Shown here: piece by piece, positions 25,242 to 37,390 of the stretch
Layout of the letters: every line of letters starts with the position of its first letter
Position numbering within the stretch: position 1 is the stretch's first letter
DNA from: Octopus vulgaris
Lineage: Eukaryota
DNA length: 64,000 bases
NCBI GenBank assembly: GCA_951406725.2
Contig: OX597833.1
Coordinates: 71,982,001-72,046,000, forward strand
Reading direction: 5' to 3'
Translations under genes and position numbers: made by a program
Notes under the pieces: model-generated
Database searches by the model: none
The model's input: only the letters and a program-made list of their open reading frames with translations
What the model was told of the DNA's origin: nothing

Positions 25242-25835
25242 CATAATAGTAATAACTGCCCTGATGCAGTACCAGACAGTGGTTCTCATGGCTTCTGATC
25301 TTAACTGATTGGAAGTGCTATCATGTACATTGTTTTGTCTTGGTATAAAAGATGGGCAAATATTCTGCCCAATACCACAGATTTGCTTGTCAGTTGTTTG
25401 ACCGTAACCAGTTGTCCCTTAGTGGCTAACGATATGTGCATCTCTGATCATGATTAGAAGTAGTAGGGGAACATCATGGCCCCGTGTTGAGAGGAATTCT
25501 TTGGAATTTGAATAATTCACCTTTGGAAATGTGGGTGTTTCATTCAACATCCTTAAACAACCCTTATTCAGGGACCTTTTGAGTGGGATGGATTACTCGA
25601 CCAGAAGAAAATTCTAACTGGGCCCCACCTACAAGGCCATGCGCTGTTTATCTTGATATGAGATCACCATGTCACGCACATATGGTTGTGATGCATGTGC
25701 CTGGTGTACCCTTATCAGATGGGTAGACATGATAGGTATACTGGGCTTCGTATATTTTACCCCAGTGTCACTTTGATGGCATGCACAGCTCTCTCACTCA
25801 ATAATAATAATCATAATAATAATAATAATAATAGT
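25211..25835. mobile_element. ~560-bp interspersed element embedded in (AAT)n
   Basis: Complex sequence 25255-25800 bounded on both sides by (AAT)n tracts; family not identified. Confidence 0.5.
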
Positions 25836-25935
25836 CACTACTTTCATAGTAGTCAGTGGCTGCTGCTGCTGCTACTACTACTACTACTACAACTACAATT
25901 TAAGCTTACTGTCCTCACCAAATTACTGTTTGCAG

Positions 25936-26127
25936 GAATGGCGACAAATGGGAGTAGAGTATCTTAGACTGAAAATTGTTGATTTTGTGGGAACTCCTTC
26001 CCATGAACAAATCTCAGAAGCTCTGGATTGTATTAATCGTTACAAGAAGAAGGGTAAATCTGTCTACGTCCACTGTAAAGCTGGTCGGACACGAAGTGCC
26101 ACAATTGTCGCTTGTTATTTGATAAAG
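25936..26127 (+). CDS. PTPMT1: PTPMT1 coding exon 3 (catalytic P-loop)
   Basis: EWRQMGVEYLRLKIVDFVGTP...SVYVHCKAGRTRSATIVACYLIK; CKAGRxRS P-loop of PTPMT1; 192 nt, AG/GTAAGT flanks. Confidence 0.97.
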
Positions 26128-26422
26128 GTAAGTCTGAGAAAATATTGGACCAAATTCCAAAATTCATTTTTCCTTTCATCTTTTTGTTGGCTTCATTGAA
26201 TATTCTGTCTGTTTGTCTTAAATATCACAACACACAACAGTTCTATCACATCCCACTGACATTATCATAAATTTGGGAACAGATGGTGTATAGCAGAGTT
26301 GGTAGAGCACCAGATAGCATTCTTTGTACTATTTATTTAGCTTGCAGCTATTTATATTATGTCTGTTTTCCCCAAATGGCAAGGTAACATGAATATGCAT
26401 TCAGGTATTGTTTTTTTACATA

Positions 26423-26932
26423 CCATAAATCCTCGAGTATAATCTGCGTTTTTCCCCCAAAATTTAAAGGTCAAATCCCTAGTGCGTATTATATACGAGG
26501 TTAAAAATGAAAAAAATATTTTCTAAGTAATGTCCGAGTCTCTATTTGCTGTCCGGCAATGTTTATTCAGACGCATTTTGTGATGTCGGGCGCGAAAATA
26601 CCTTAAGCTAAGCCTGAAAGCAATGAAGTCATAGAAGAATCATCCATAATTTGCAGTAAGCAACATTTATTAAACGTTATTACTGTTATTTCTTTATTTT
26701 CTGCAAGCAAAATGCACAAAAATGCTACACGTTTGCATCATGTTATATATACAATAATAAAGGACGTTACCGTATACATTTTTACAAACCAAGTACGTTA
26801 TATAGACCTCCATGACTCAAGTTAGAGAAGGGGTGCGTATTATACACAAGGTTTAGGTTTTGCAGAGGTACAGCCCCCTAAAAATCCCCTGCATATTATA
26901 CTCAAGGGCGGACTATACTCGAGGGTTTACGG
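26423..26932. mobile_element. pogo/Tigger-like MITE (510 bp)
   Basis: TA at 26421-2 and 26933-4; TIRs CCATAAATCCTCGAGTATAATCTGC / GCGGACTATACTCGAGGGTTTACGG; subterminal TGCGTATTATA repeats. Confidence 0.85.
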
Positions 26933-27364
26933 TACATATAAAATACGAAGGTGGTTATATACAATATAAAACCAAAAAGGGAAAATTCAAGTGTCACTAA
27001 TTGTGATTGAGGGTGCAGGGTAGCACTTACATTGCTAGAAATACAAGTCAAAGACCCTTAGAGCCACAAAAAAAGTACGTCTATGCACTGACAGGGGAGA
27101 TAACCACCCCACAGTGAGTGAGGTCACCATACGAGTGTAGTTTCACTGAAAATTAAAGCTCATCAGTGGTGACTATTCCATCGCTGGATGTTTGTGTGTG
27201 TGTGTGTGTGTGCATGGTGGTGGTGGGGACATAAATAAGCATGGACTGTTTTGAAAAAGAAAAAAGGAATGTAAACAAGCAGTGAGTCTGTTTATGAGAT
27301 TCAGTTGGTGACTCCTGCCAAACATAACATAAATTTAAAAATCTGTATCTTTGTTTCGTTTCAG

Positions 27365-27499
27365 GCCAATGGATGGGACGATTTGACAGCCTGGCAACAT
27401 ATTGTCTCTTGCCGTGCTCATGTTCGAATCTTTAACGTACAAAAGGAGTTCCTCCACCAATTCTACCTAAGCAACAAAAACCTCGATGATCCTGCATAG
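27365..27499 (+). CDS. PTPMT1: PTPMT1 coding exon 4 (last)
   Basis: tttcag acceptor, ANGWDDLTAWQHIVSCRAHVRIFNVQKEFLHQFYLSNKNLDDPA, TAG; total CDS 567 nt (188 aa). Confidence 0.9.
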   Translation, partial: ANGWDDLTAWQHIVSCRAHVRIFNVQKEFLHQFYLSNKNLDDPA

Positions 27500-27553
27500 T
27501 GCCAACAAAGTTTTTTGCATTGAACACTTGTTTCTGTAATTGACAAATTTTGC

Positions 27554-27559
27554 AATAAA
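27554..27559 (+). terminator. Candidate PTPMT1 polyadenylation signal AATAAA
   Basis: 55 nt after the stop, followed by T-rich sequence. Confidence 0.55.
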
Positions 27560-28810
27560 CAACAACAACAACAACAACCAAGGCTTTGAAATTATTTGAT
27601 TTTTATGTTTTTAATTTTTCTTTCAGTCACGGGACTGGGTTAACGCTGGGGGATGGCACTGGCTTGAAGGGATTCTGGTTGATTAGATGTTTAGATGTCT
27701 TTCTTTGGTGAAGGAGAATTCTAATGCGACACTGGTGTCCTTGTTTTGCACCCAGAAATGCAGACTCTCTCTTCTTTGGAGCAGATGTATTTGTTGTTGA
27801 GAGAGTGGGAAGGGCCCAATGCAGGGCTTTTCACATTTCATAAAGCTTCAGGACCAGGCATCACAGTTGTATGTTCCATCATATGGCTGGCCATAATTGA
27901 AAAAAAGTTAAAACATTCAATGAAAAATTCCATCCTGGAATAAAGGTATTCTCTGAACAGCAGATGCAAGATGTGCCCATTGTTGCCACAGCTTTAATTG
28001 TGCAAAAGGATGTAGGCCCCTAGCAGGACTGAGTTACATCATCCCACCGGTGCATAGAGCTGGTTTGGAGAGTAAGCTCTTGAAATGCTGGGCGAGTCTG
28101 AAATTAAGATGGTATTGTCTCAGCTCAAAAGCATGGGACTTTTTCTCAGGGCTAAACAACAGCATAAGTCCCTTGGATACATCTGAAGGGAGGCAAGATA
28201 ATAACTTCGGTTTTTAGAAATTTGTTGATTGATGTAGGTTATTAATGAACATTCAAAATTAAACACACACATGTATATAATGTATTCATTTCAATTTTTT
28301 TTTATTCTTGATACAAAAAATATTTGGTAGAAAAAGATGATTTGGTATTGGTTATCTCCCTTGTGCTTCTTGAATATTTAAAAAAAAGTTAATGAATTTT
28401 CCCCATAATTTGTTTAATTCTAATTGATTAAAATATTATTTTGGCTCATTAAGTACATTGGTCCCCACTTAATCTCTCTGTCTCCACTGTTCTTTTAATT
28501 TCTCATCAACTACCTCCCTCAATGCAACTCTCCTACCCCAGTTAAGGGGACCATCTTGACCTGCAAGTTACTTGGTAACCCCTACCAGTGTTGGTGTCAC
28601 GGAAAAACAAAACAAATACCCAGTACACCCTATAAAGTGTTTGGTGTTAGGAAGGGCATCAAGCCATAGAAATCATGACATAACAGACAACAGAGCTTGG
28701 CACAGCTCTGGCTTGCCAGCCTCTTGTTAAACTGTCCAACCGATGACACTGGAGAACACTATGCAGAAATGATGACAACAATTATACACACACACACATA
28801 TATATATATT

Positions 28811-29365
28811 GTTAAAAAAAAGAAAAGAAAATGGAGATAAGGAAGTTAATTATTTATCATTAACAAATTGGTCATCTTCGCTTCTTACAACCGTTTCAGT
28901 AAATAGTCAATTTAATAACAGATTTGTACATGAAATTTATATTTATGTGACATGAGCATAATTTCATCAGAGAGACAAAAAAGGTGTACCTTAGGATGTT
29001 ATATGTGGTCTGCTGAAATGAATAGGTCTGCATATAACATCCCAAAGCGCACCTTTTTTAACTCTGATGAAATTATCCTCATGTCACATAAATGCAAATT
29101 TGATGTACAAATTTGTAATTAAATTATTGAGTATTAATTGAAAAGGCTGAAAGAAGCGAAGATGACCAATTTGTTAATAATGAATAATTGTTAACTTCCT
29201 TTTCTTCATTTTCTTTCCTTCTTTTAACTGGATATAAACTATATTCATCCATATATACTGACTGTTTTACGGGAATTTCATTCCCCAACAATACTAGGTA
29301 TTGAACCAGTATTTCCTTGGATGCAACCATCCTGTCATGAGGTCAACATATCCTCTAATTAAATC
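28811..29365. mobile_element. Inverted-duplicated repeat, possibly a Penelope-like element terminus
   Basis: ~200-bp imperfect arms 28811-29010 / 29025-29228; right arm plus flank (ggtattgaaccagtattt..ttggatg.aaccatcc) also present at 46640-46845. Confidence 0.5.
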
Positions 29366-29624
29366 AAATATACATTGGACTGTGTGTGTGTGTGTGTATT
29401 TTATGAGAGAGAGATTTAAGCAGGGGGAAGGGAGGCTAAAATAAGTTGTTTTTAATGAATCCAAGTTGCACCAATCACCAACAGGGAATTCCTTTCACCT
29501 GTCTTATGAATAATTTAATTTTCATCATAAAACTCAAAGGAATTAATTCCGAAATCAAACAGGTGACTTGGCCTAAATAGTTGCACCTGAATAGATTCTG
29601 CTAAATGTATCTATGGAGAAAATA

Positions 29625-29857
29625 AGGTGGCGAGCTGGCTGAAACGTTAGCACGCCGGGCGAAATGCTTAGTGATATTTCATCTGCCGTTACGTTCTGAG
29701 TTCAAATTCCGCTAAGATCGACTTTGCCTTTCATCCTTTCGGGATCGATAAATTAAGCACCAGTTACGCACTGGGGTCGATATAATCGACTTAATCCGTT
29801 TGTCTGTCCTTGTTTGTCCCCTCTGTGTTTAGCCCCTTGTGGGTAGTAAAGAAATAG
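29625..29857 (+). mobile_element. Full-length tRNA-derived SINE (family A) with 18-bp TSD
   Basis: A-box-like TGGCTGAAACGTTAG, B-box GAGTTCAAATTCC; direct repeat GTATCTATGGAGAAAATA at 29607-29624 and 29858-29875. Confidence 0.92.
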
Positions 29858-30070
29858 GTATCTATGGAGAAAATATGGTGATGGTGCTAAAACGGAGACA
29901 GTTTAAGTCTACTGTGTGGTGATGCATATCCACAGGATTTCTTTATTTCTACACCATGCCTAGTTATTTTGGTAATTGTTCAGTTTACATTCGTAAAACC
30001 AAAACATTGTGGATAATATTGATAACTTTGGTTTTAGTTTCAGTTGTTTTTATTTTTTCTCAATTCTTCT

Positions 30071-30438
30071 TTATTACCTCCGCCTTAGCGAAGGCAGAAG
30101 TATTGTTTTCAGTTGCGTTTGTTTGTCCGTGGACAAGATATCTCAAAAACCGCCGGATGGATTCGGATGAAACTTTGAAGGATGTTTGGCCTCGTGACTG
30201 GCACGAACTGATTAGATTTTCCAATTGATCCGGTACCAGAAAAGGATTCTGGATTATTTTTCTGATATTTTAAAGCTTAATTGTTGAGAGTGGTCGGGTT
30301 CATTTTTAGTATTCCCGTTTGTGAGAGCAGTCGTTCATTTCACATATTCTCATTAAAAAAAAAATCATCTACGGCTAATCGTTGAGAGGATGTTGGTGTT
30401 GCCTTGGCGGAGGTTTGTGCTCTCTGAGTGCCCTTGTT
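30071..30438 (+). mobile_element. Non-autonomous Helentron-like element, copy 2
   Basis: TTATTACCTCCGCCTTAGCGAAGGC...CCTTGGCGGAGGTTTGTGCTCTCTGAGTGC; aligns end to end with 768-1137. Confidence 0.72.
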
Positions 30439-33289
30439 TTAGATCTTATTTTGAGGCGTACTGTTAGCTGCAAGTCTGTTTTATGAAAGGAAAGAAGAAA
30501 TCAGTAAGAAACGATAACTAGATAACCAGTCAGAAATACAGATTTATGTGTGAGAGATACAAATAGATAGTTTTATAAGTCGAGTAAATAACCATTTTCT
30601 CCAAAACGAAGCTAGAAATCAGTTGTGAATAACGGATAAAGCTGACGAGGGTGAGTGAAGAGCCAAACATGTGCTGTATTTAGTTATGGTCCATTCACTT
30701 TCTTTTACGAACGTAAACTGAACATTTACCGTTATCTTGCACACACGAGAAATTATCATCTGTTAGCGATGAAAAAGAGCCGAGGGGGCCTCTATGCGAT
30801 CTCTTAATCTGCTAGATTTAACATAAATTTCCTTGAAACCATGTTCTGCCAGTTTAAATAAAAATACATTGGGAGGTTTGGTCCCTGGTAAAAAAAAAAA
30901 TAAGGTGGTTACAATTGGAAGGTCTTTAATCCTAGGTCTTCTCTACATGAGAAACACGGGGCTAAATAACAATAATAACATATTTAAGGGAGGAGCCCCT
31001 ATATGGTCGTTTGCCATGCGAGCTATAGCAGCCAATCTCCCAAACACACTATCATAATAAAGGACATAAGGAAGAATAATTCTGATGCACTTGACTCTTG
31101 AAAATAAGACGAGGTTGTCATAGCCGCTGGAATGGCCATGGAACTACTAAGGCAAAAAGAATGATTAATACATTGTCTACAAAAAGAAAAAAGAGAGAAC
31201 TCATGTTTGGAAAATCTGATTTTATAAGCCAACTGGATGAAGGCTGACTTGGGCTAAACAACAATGTATCCGAAAGGACAGGCAATCTAAAGAAAAAACA
31301 AAAACAACCCTTCCCATGAAAATTCCATTTTGTATTTCAAAGTATCGAGGCGGCGATCGCTTTATATTGCTTTATATATACTCAAAAGAATAAGAATTGA
31401 AACAAAGGAATAAAATATGTATGAAAGAGTTCTTCGTCAACACTACCATCCTTGTTATGTATTGCATACAGTTATATATCTTATACAATTATATATTTTA
31501 TAATTAAGAAAATTAATTGTATACATTTTGGATAACTTGATTGTTGAGGTATTAGTGTGTGTGTGTGTGTGTTTTATTTTTCCCCATCAGAAAATTTAAA
31601 GCCATTCATGTTACAATTATGTATTCTCTCCAGTTCGTAATAAAGGACAACAAATAAGCCGTACAATAGGAGTTTTTACTTCAATTTCGCAGTTTTTCTC
31701 TCCGGGTCCAAATGAAATAAACTAATATTACGTGTACTCGGGGCGATCGATTCAGATTTACTTCTGCAAATCTTCAGGGTTTGAGCTAATGTGAGAAATC
31801 ATTTACCAATATTACGAAGGTTCCATTCATCTGCAATCCAGACGTGTGTCGGGGTTATAATTATTTAAAATATGGTCACTCCTGACCGCGGAGACCTATG
31901 ATCGGAGACTTGCTAACAAGACTGTCCTGTATATCAAGGAATACATCGTCCGATGTATCCTTCATTACCGAACACTGTTGAGTGTGTATTAAGAGAAATT
32001 CTGCCGATCGTCGTCGCGGGTCGAACTCCCTTGTTGGTTCGTTTATGCAATTCTTTCGATTCCGGCAGTTAATACACGACTTTGCCACCCAGAACGACAC
32101 TTCTTCGTCTATTTCCCTGTTGTTAATTCACACACACGCAAGCACCATTATATTTTCTCGACTCCCCACCTTCCTACATTCAAATCAATTAAGCGACCAC
32201 CGCAACCTTCCCGTCTTATCTCTTTCTTTCTTTCTCTCTTTTCACCGCCTCCTCTTCACTGCCATCTCCTCCTGCCACCACTCCTTTCTCCTATCATCCC
32301 ATACTACTCCCCCTTTCTCATAGAACAACGTCCACACTCTCAGATGCGCCCCACACATACATATTACTCAGCGCAGCATGACAGGCAAAGGGGGCCTCCC
32401 CACGGCTGGTCGTTCGGATTTTGATCGATCGTTTTTCCCTTGACTGACAGGCGGCGTGTCTGTCATTGATCCACTGCTCGGGGAAGAAGGTGGGATTATT
32501 TAACACTCATCTGTACGTAGAAATAGACTGGAAATACACACGCGCGCCGTTCACTAATACACAGGTACACGCATGCACACACAATCCTCACATGTTTATA
32601 AATCTACATAAATATACACGCAGATGTATATAAATAGAAACGCATAATCTCTATATATAATTATATATAAACGTGAGCTCACACACTCGCACACAATTCC
32701 GCTACCCGGGTTCTATGCTCTTTTACTTCACTGCTAGAGACTTAGGGTCGAAATAAATGACATTAGCAATTAGTTAAGTAACAACTTAAATGCAGTGATT
32801 AAAATAAAACAAAGATATTTATGAAAATTGTTCCCAAAACGAAGAAAATTTGTGTTTTTAATGATTTAATTAAAGCATGGCAAGGGAGATAACTCCGAAA
32901 TACTAAAGTTAAATATTAGTTGGGAGGGAATTTGGTCGTTGTGAAATATGGAGACAACTGGAAAGATGTTTTGCTTTATTATACTTCATCAGTGGAGTAG
33001 CTTGTCGGACGAAATGCTTAGCAGCATGCCTTCTGGCTCTTTGCGTTCTGAGTTCAAATGCTGCCGAGGTCGAGTTTGCCATTCATTCTTTCGGGGACGA
33101 TAAATTAAGTACCAGGCACAGGTTTGGCTGTGTGGTTAAGATAATCCTCAACTATGTGGTCTTGGGTTTAGTCACACTGCATGGCACCTTGGGTGAGACT
33201 CTTCTACTATAAGTCTTTTCCGTTGAAGGCGGTGCCCCAGCTTGTCCACAGTGAAATGACTAAAATAAATAAAAGAAAAACAGGTATAA

Positions 33290-34765
33290 TACAGGATTGT
33301 TTCTATAGACTGGAGGAACAGAACTGGAATAAACAAATTGCAGAAGAGTAGCCTAGATCAGCGACTGAAAAGTCGAAAGTTTCCTACAAATGCACAGACG
33401 AGACATGTTAAAATGACACACGACACGGAGAAGCCATTCCGTTGATAGAGGAAAATCCTATGAAATGCCTTGCAAAGTAGTTTGATAATTCACTTACTGA
33501 GAGAAGCAATGTCGTCTATACTGACAAACAGACAGAAGAGTGGCTGAGGAGGGCTGAAAGATCAAAGCTTCCAGAAAACTTCAAAACATGGCTCTACTAA
33601 CACGTTCTGCTCACGAGACTGTTGACAGTGTATGAGTTTCCTGGGACATAAGTGGAATTAGCGGCGAAGAAAATAAACTCGTAGCTGCAAATGCGGTTGG
33701 GTAGCACCCAAGCTTTTCTTCAACAGAAGTACATAAGATAAGGTAAATAAGATATCCAACTTTTGTCATCAGTGATGAAGGAATTCATGATGTGACTGTG
33801 TAGAGCTGTAATGATGTAGAGGGACTCCCATGACGAGGACGTCAAATATGCAGACATCAGGACCCAGGTGGGCACCTAATATCGCCATTGCACAAGCTGA
33901 AAGCCATGAGACATCGCTGGAATGACATTCACAGGGCAGCAGAAAAGGCCATGATCCAAGCAGACGTCTATGGTATCAGAAAGAAGGAAGAAGCTCAAGA
34001 GCTGTGGAGCCAGCATCCTAGGAAGTCTGGATTAAATGGTACGTTCTCAAGAGAAAGGTTACATTAACAGACCTGTGGAGACTGGAACCTTTTCGGGTTT
34101 TCTTCCTGCAGCAAGCAGTGCATGAAATACTTCATACACCAACAAAGCTGATGGGACGTGAAAGAGGACAGGATGTGTTGGCTTTGTGAAGAGTAGGCAT
34201 TGACACCTTGTCAGGATACGAAACGGTGCTTTGTGAAGAAAGGGGTACTTTGACACCTTGTCGCATCCTGAAACTGTGCGAAACACCAACAGCTGGAAAG
34301 TACAAGTGGGCCATAAGCAGGTGCTTGCAACACTTGCTCGCACCCTGAAAGTGTAAGACACAAGAAACACCAACAGCAGAGAAAAAATAATACCACCATT
34401 CAAGTTCGTGGCAAACGAATAGGAAGCACGCCAAGTACCGGAACAGTTTACTGCAAGGTTGAGGCTATGGCGATCCTGGCTATTTTCAGATGAGGTTGGC
34501 TGTAGAAAATTCTTTGCCCTGTCAGCGTGGGGAATGCATACAGTCAGTGGAATAGCCGAAGTCGAGTGCAAATAAGTCTGAGACTGGTCATGGGTTTGTG
34601 ATCTGACAAGGCAAGGTAGATAATCCTGATTGAACTTACAGTTCCGTGGGTATAGAGGTGCGACCAAGCCTTTGAATAGAAGAAGCACGCCAAGTACCAG
34701 AACCTTTTGCGGGATTCAAAGATGAAGAAACGAGAGGCATCTTCTTTTTGATGCAATCAATCTAT
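33290..34765 (+). mobile_element. Degraded RLE-type (Hero/R2-superfamily-like) non-LTR retrotransposon 3' half
   Basis: Remnants GKYKW.HKQVLATLA (cf. GRYxWRHxQVL) near 34300 and SLRL...IILIELTVPW...KHAKYQNL near 34575-34705 (restriction-like endonuclease region); many stops and frameshifts. Confidence 0.7.
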
Positions 34766-36079
34766 TGTATTATATTATATTATATACATTGTGAGTGTGT
34801 GTGTTGGTATGTATTGATAATACGCAGCTGTGGAGAAGACATGACCGTCGGTGCAAAATTGGCGAAACGTACGTTAAAATGCAGTAAATCTATACCTGGA
34901 CCTTTCAGTCCTTATTAAATCTGCAACATCGCTTGCCGCCTTTCTTACCTTTCAATATCCTCTCATCCATCTACTACTCCTTCATTAAACCCTGTATCTT
35001 GCATTTCATGATAGGAGAGAAACTCAATTTCCATCTCTATTTCTCTCACCTTTTGCGTTGCTTGTTTATCGAGGGATCACTCTGAGTGTGTTAATACTCT
35101 TACATCTACTGCCAGTCAACACTTCCTCTCCTTCGGGCCACTTCTCTATTGACACCAACTCCTCCTTCTCTCCCCTCACACATTTTTGTGCATCTCTCAC
35201 AATTCACCCTTTGCTGTCTCTCTCTCATCCTTTGTCTTGTCTTATTGAGGGCATGGCATCTCTAGTGCAAGTGCCATGATAAAATGCACCCAATTCGCAC
35301 TCTGTAAAGTGGTTGATGTTCAGGAAGGGCATCTAGCTGTAGAAACCATGCCAAACTTAGCGTTTGAGCGAGATGTGCAGCCCACTTCAAACCATCCCGG
35401 AGGATAATAACTTCGAATAAGTACCGAAAAGGATTGTGACGCCTCATCCAACACATGCTGACATTGGAAGAGGACGTAAAACTCTCTTTATATGCAGATT
35501 GAAATATGTTCTGGTGTCGGTACGGTAATTTAAAACGCTTAAAGTTAGGGTCCTAACGTGGCTTCATTCCAAGGACCTAAAACCAGTAAAATAATAAAGA
35601 TATCGTTGGGTTTTATTAATATTTTATAAATAATTAACACTTTCTAATTTTGGCACAACGCCAGCAATATGGAGGAACGGGGTCAGTCAAAAACGATCGA
35701 CCTCAATATCTGACTGGTACTTTATTTTATCGACCCCAGAGAACGCCAGGTAAAGTTGACTTTGGCAAAATTTGAACTAAAAACAATAATAATAATAATA
35801 ATAATAATTATTATTATTATTATCATTAGTTCAAATTTTGCCAAGGTCAACTTTACCTGGCATTCTCTGGGATCGATAAAATAAAGTACTAATAATGATG
35901 ATAATAATAATAATGTCCATCACAAACGGGACAAAACATTTGAAGACTCGAGAACAGCCTTTCTGGGTCCCTCAAAAATATTGCAAAAAAAAAATAATAA
36001 ATAAATAAAGAGATTTTAATGAATAAAACAAAAACATAAACGAAATAAAAAAATGTGAAACAATAAAAAGTAAAAAAAA

Positions 36080-36225
36080 TCACAAGACGTGAGTCTGAGA
36101 GAACGGCGAAGCTTATTGGCACCGCCTGCGCTGACGTCATTGAGCCACGTGATCGGGGCGGGTGCAGTGATGATCGCCGCCCGCCATTTTGACGAAGAGT
36201 GACAGCGTCTGTTAGTGAGGTGAGC
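36080..36225 (+). promoter_or_regulatory. Putative PKNOX promoter and non-coding first exon
   Basis: CpG-rich; ATTGG 36115, CRE TGACGTCA 36132-36139, E-box CACGTG 36146-36151, GC box GGGGCGGG 36155-36162, YY1-type CCGCCATTTT 36181-36190, TGACAG 36200, donor GAG/GTGAGC at 36220. Confidence 0.7.
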
Positions 36226-36343
36226 CTCCAATTAAATTGCCTACCGTGCGTGTGTGCGTCGCTGCCTGTGTCTCTGTCTCTGTCTGTCTCTCGCATATCA
36301 AGCAATAACACCATCATCATCTGAATAATAATAATAATATCTG

Positions 36344-36374
<31 letters not shown>

Positions 36375-36529
36375 TAACGCATATATATATTTATATACAG
36401 AGTGGAGAGAACCACATTTCATTCCCTCACTCGCTCCCTCTCTCTCTCTCTCTCTCTCTCTCATTCTTTTTTTCTCTCTTTCCCTTTATTGATGTTGTTG
36501 TTGTTTTTCGCCCCCCCTCCGCCGCCCCC

Positions 36530-37390
36530 GCTTCGGTCAGCCCCGACATCGGGAGCAGGGCAGCAGGCATGACCTATGATCGAATGTTCCACTCGTGACC
36601 ATCCCTTCTTTTTTTCTTTCTTCCTTCTTCATGTGTTAGACATACTGCAATCCTAATCCACAATTTCCTCGTCCGATTTGTCCTTTCCGTCCGTTTATAT
36701 TTTCAAAGTCAGTCTGGTGTGATTTGAGGGTAATTTGGTTGTTATTTCTAGCAGGTCGATTGATCGGGTGGAGGTTCGCTCCTTCGTTGGTTCGTCTTGT
36801 AGTGGAGCTCCCCGTTCTAGTCTCCATGTGAACCCGGAGATGAGATCGAATCAGATTGACAGAGTATTGCAGAGATAGAGCTATCAGTAGTGTCCCAGCC
36901 GTGGCCATCCCCTCTTTGTTGTCCCATCATATATGTACAGGACTTATCTGTTTCCTATGTGGTTTTGACTGATGTTTCTAGCAGGACCGCATGGTTTCCC
37001 TCGTTGGCTGATTGTTGCTGTTTATTCCAGTCCGCTTCCTTCCGGTCAGTTCTCGTAGACAGACCAACCGTGGCCAACTCGCCACAATATCTTCCTATCT
37101 GGGACGATGCAGTATTTAGTGTGTCCTTCTTTTCAAATATAAGGGTGGCTGGGTGGACTCGAGGAAGATTTGTTGTTTAGCCCCAGGTCTGCCTCCGATC
37201 AGGTAGACAGACAGCCCCATGATTAAAAGCAATTCTAAAAGTGACCATCCCATTTGTTTTTGCACGATCCTATCTCGGACGACTTCACACAATTCGTCCT
37301 TTCTTTTGATCTGTGATTCGAGAGAGATTTGACTGTTATTTCTAGCACATCAAATGAACACGTAGGGGTCCTCTCGTTGGCACAGGTTTA
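36530..37390 (+). repeat. Head-to-tail cluster of the old ~250-bp dispersed repeat
   Basis: Recurring blocks ttgtttagccccaggtc...gacctatgatc...gtgaccatccc...gtgatttgagggagatttggctgctatttctagcaggtcg...ctcgttgg, 3-4 diverged copies. Confidence 0.65.

Noticed and set aside
29625-29720. tRNA gene
   Set aside because: A/B boxes belong to a SINE head; no cloverleaf, continues into a repeat body with TSD.
34059-34688. 209-aa minus-strand ORF
   Set aside because: Antisense to the degraded RLE retrotransposon; no recognisable domain.
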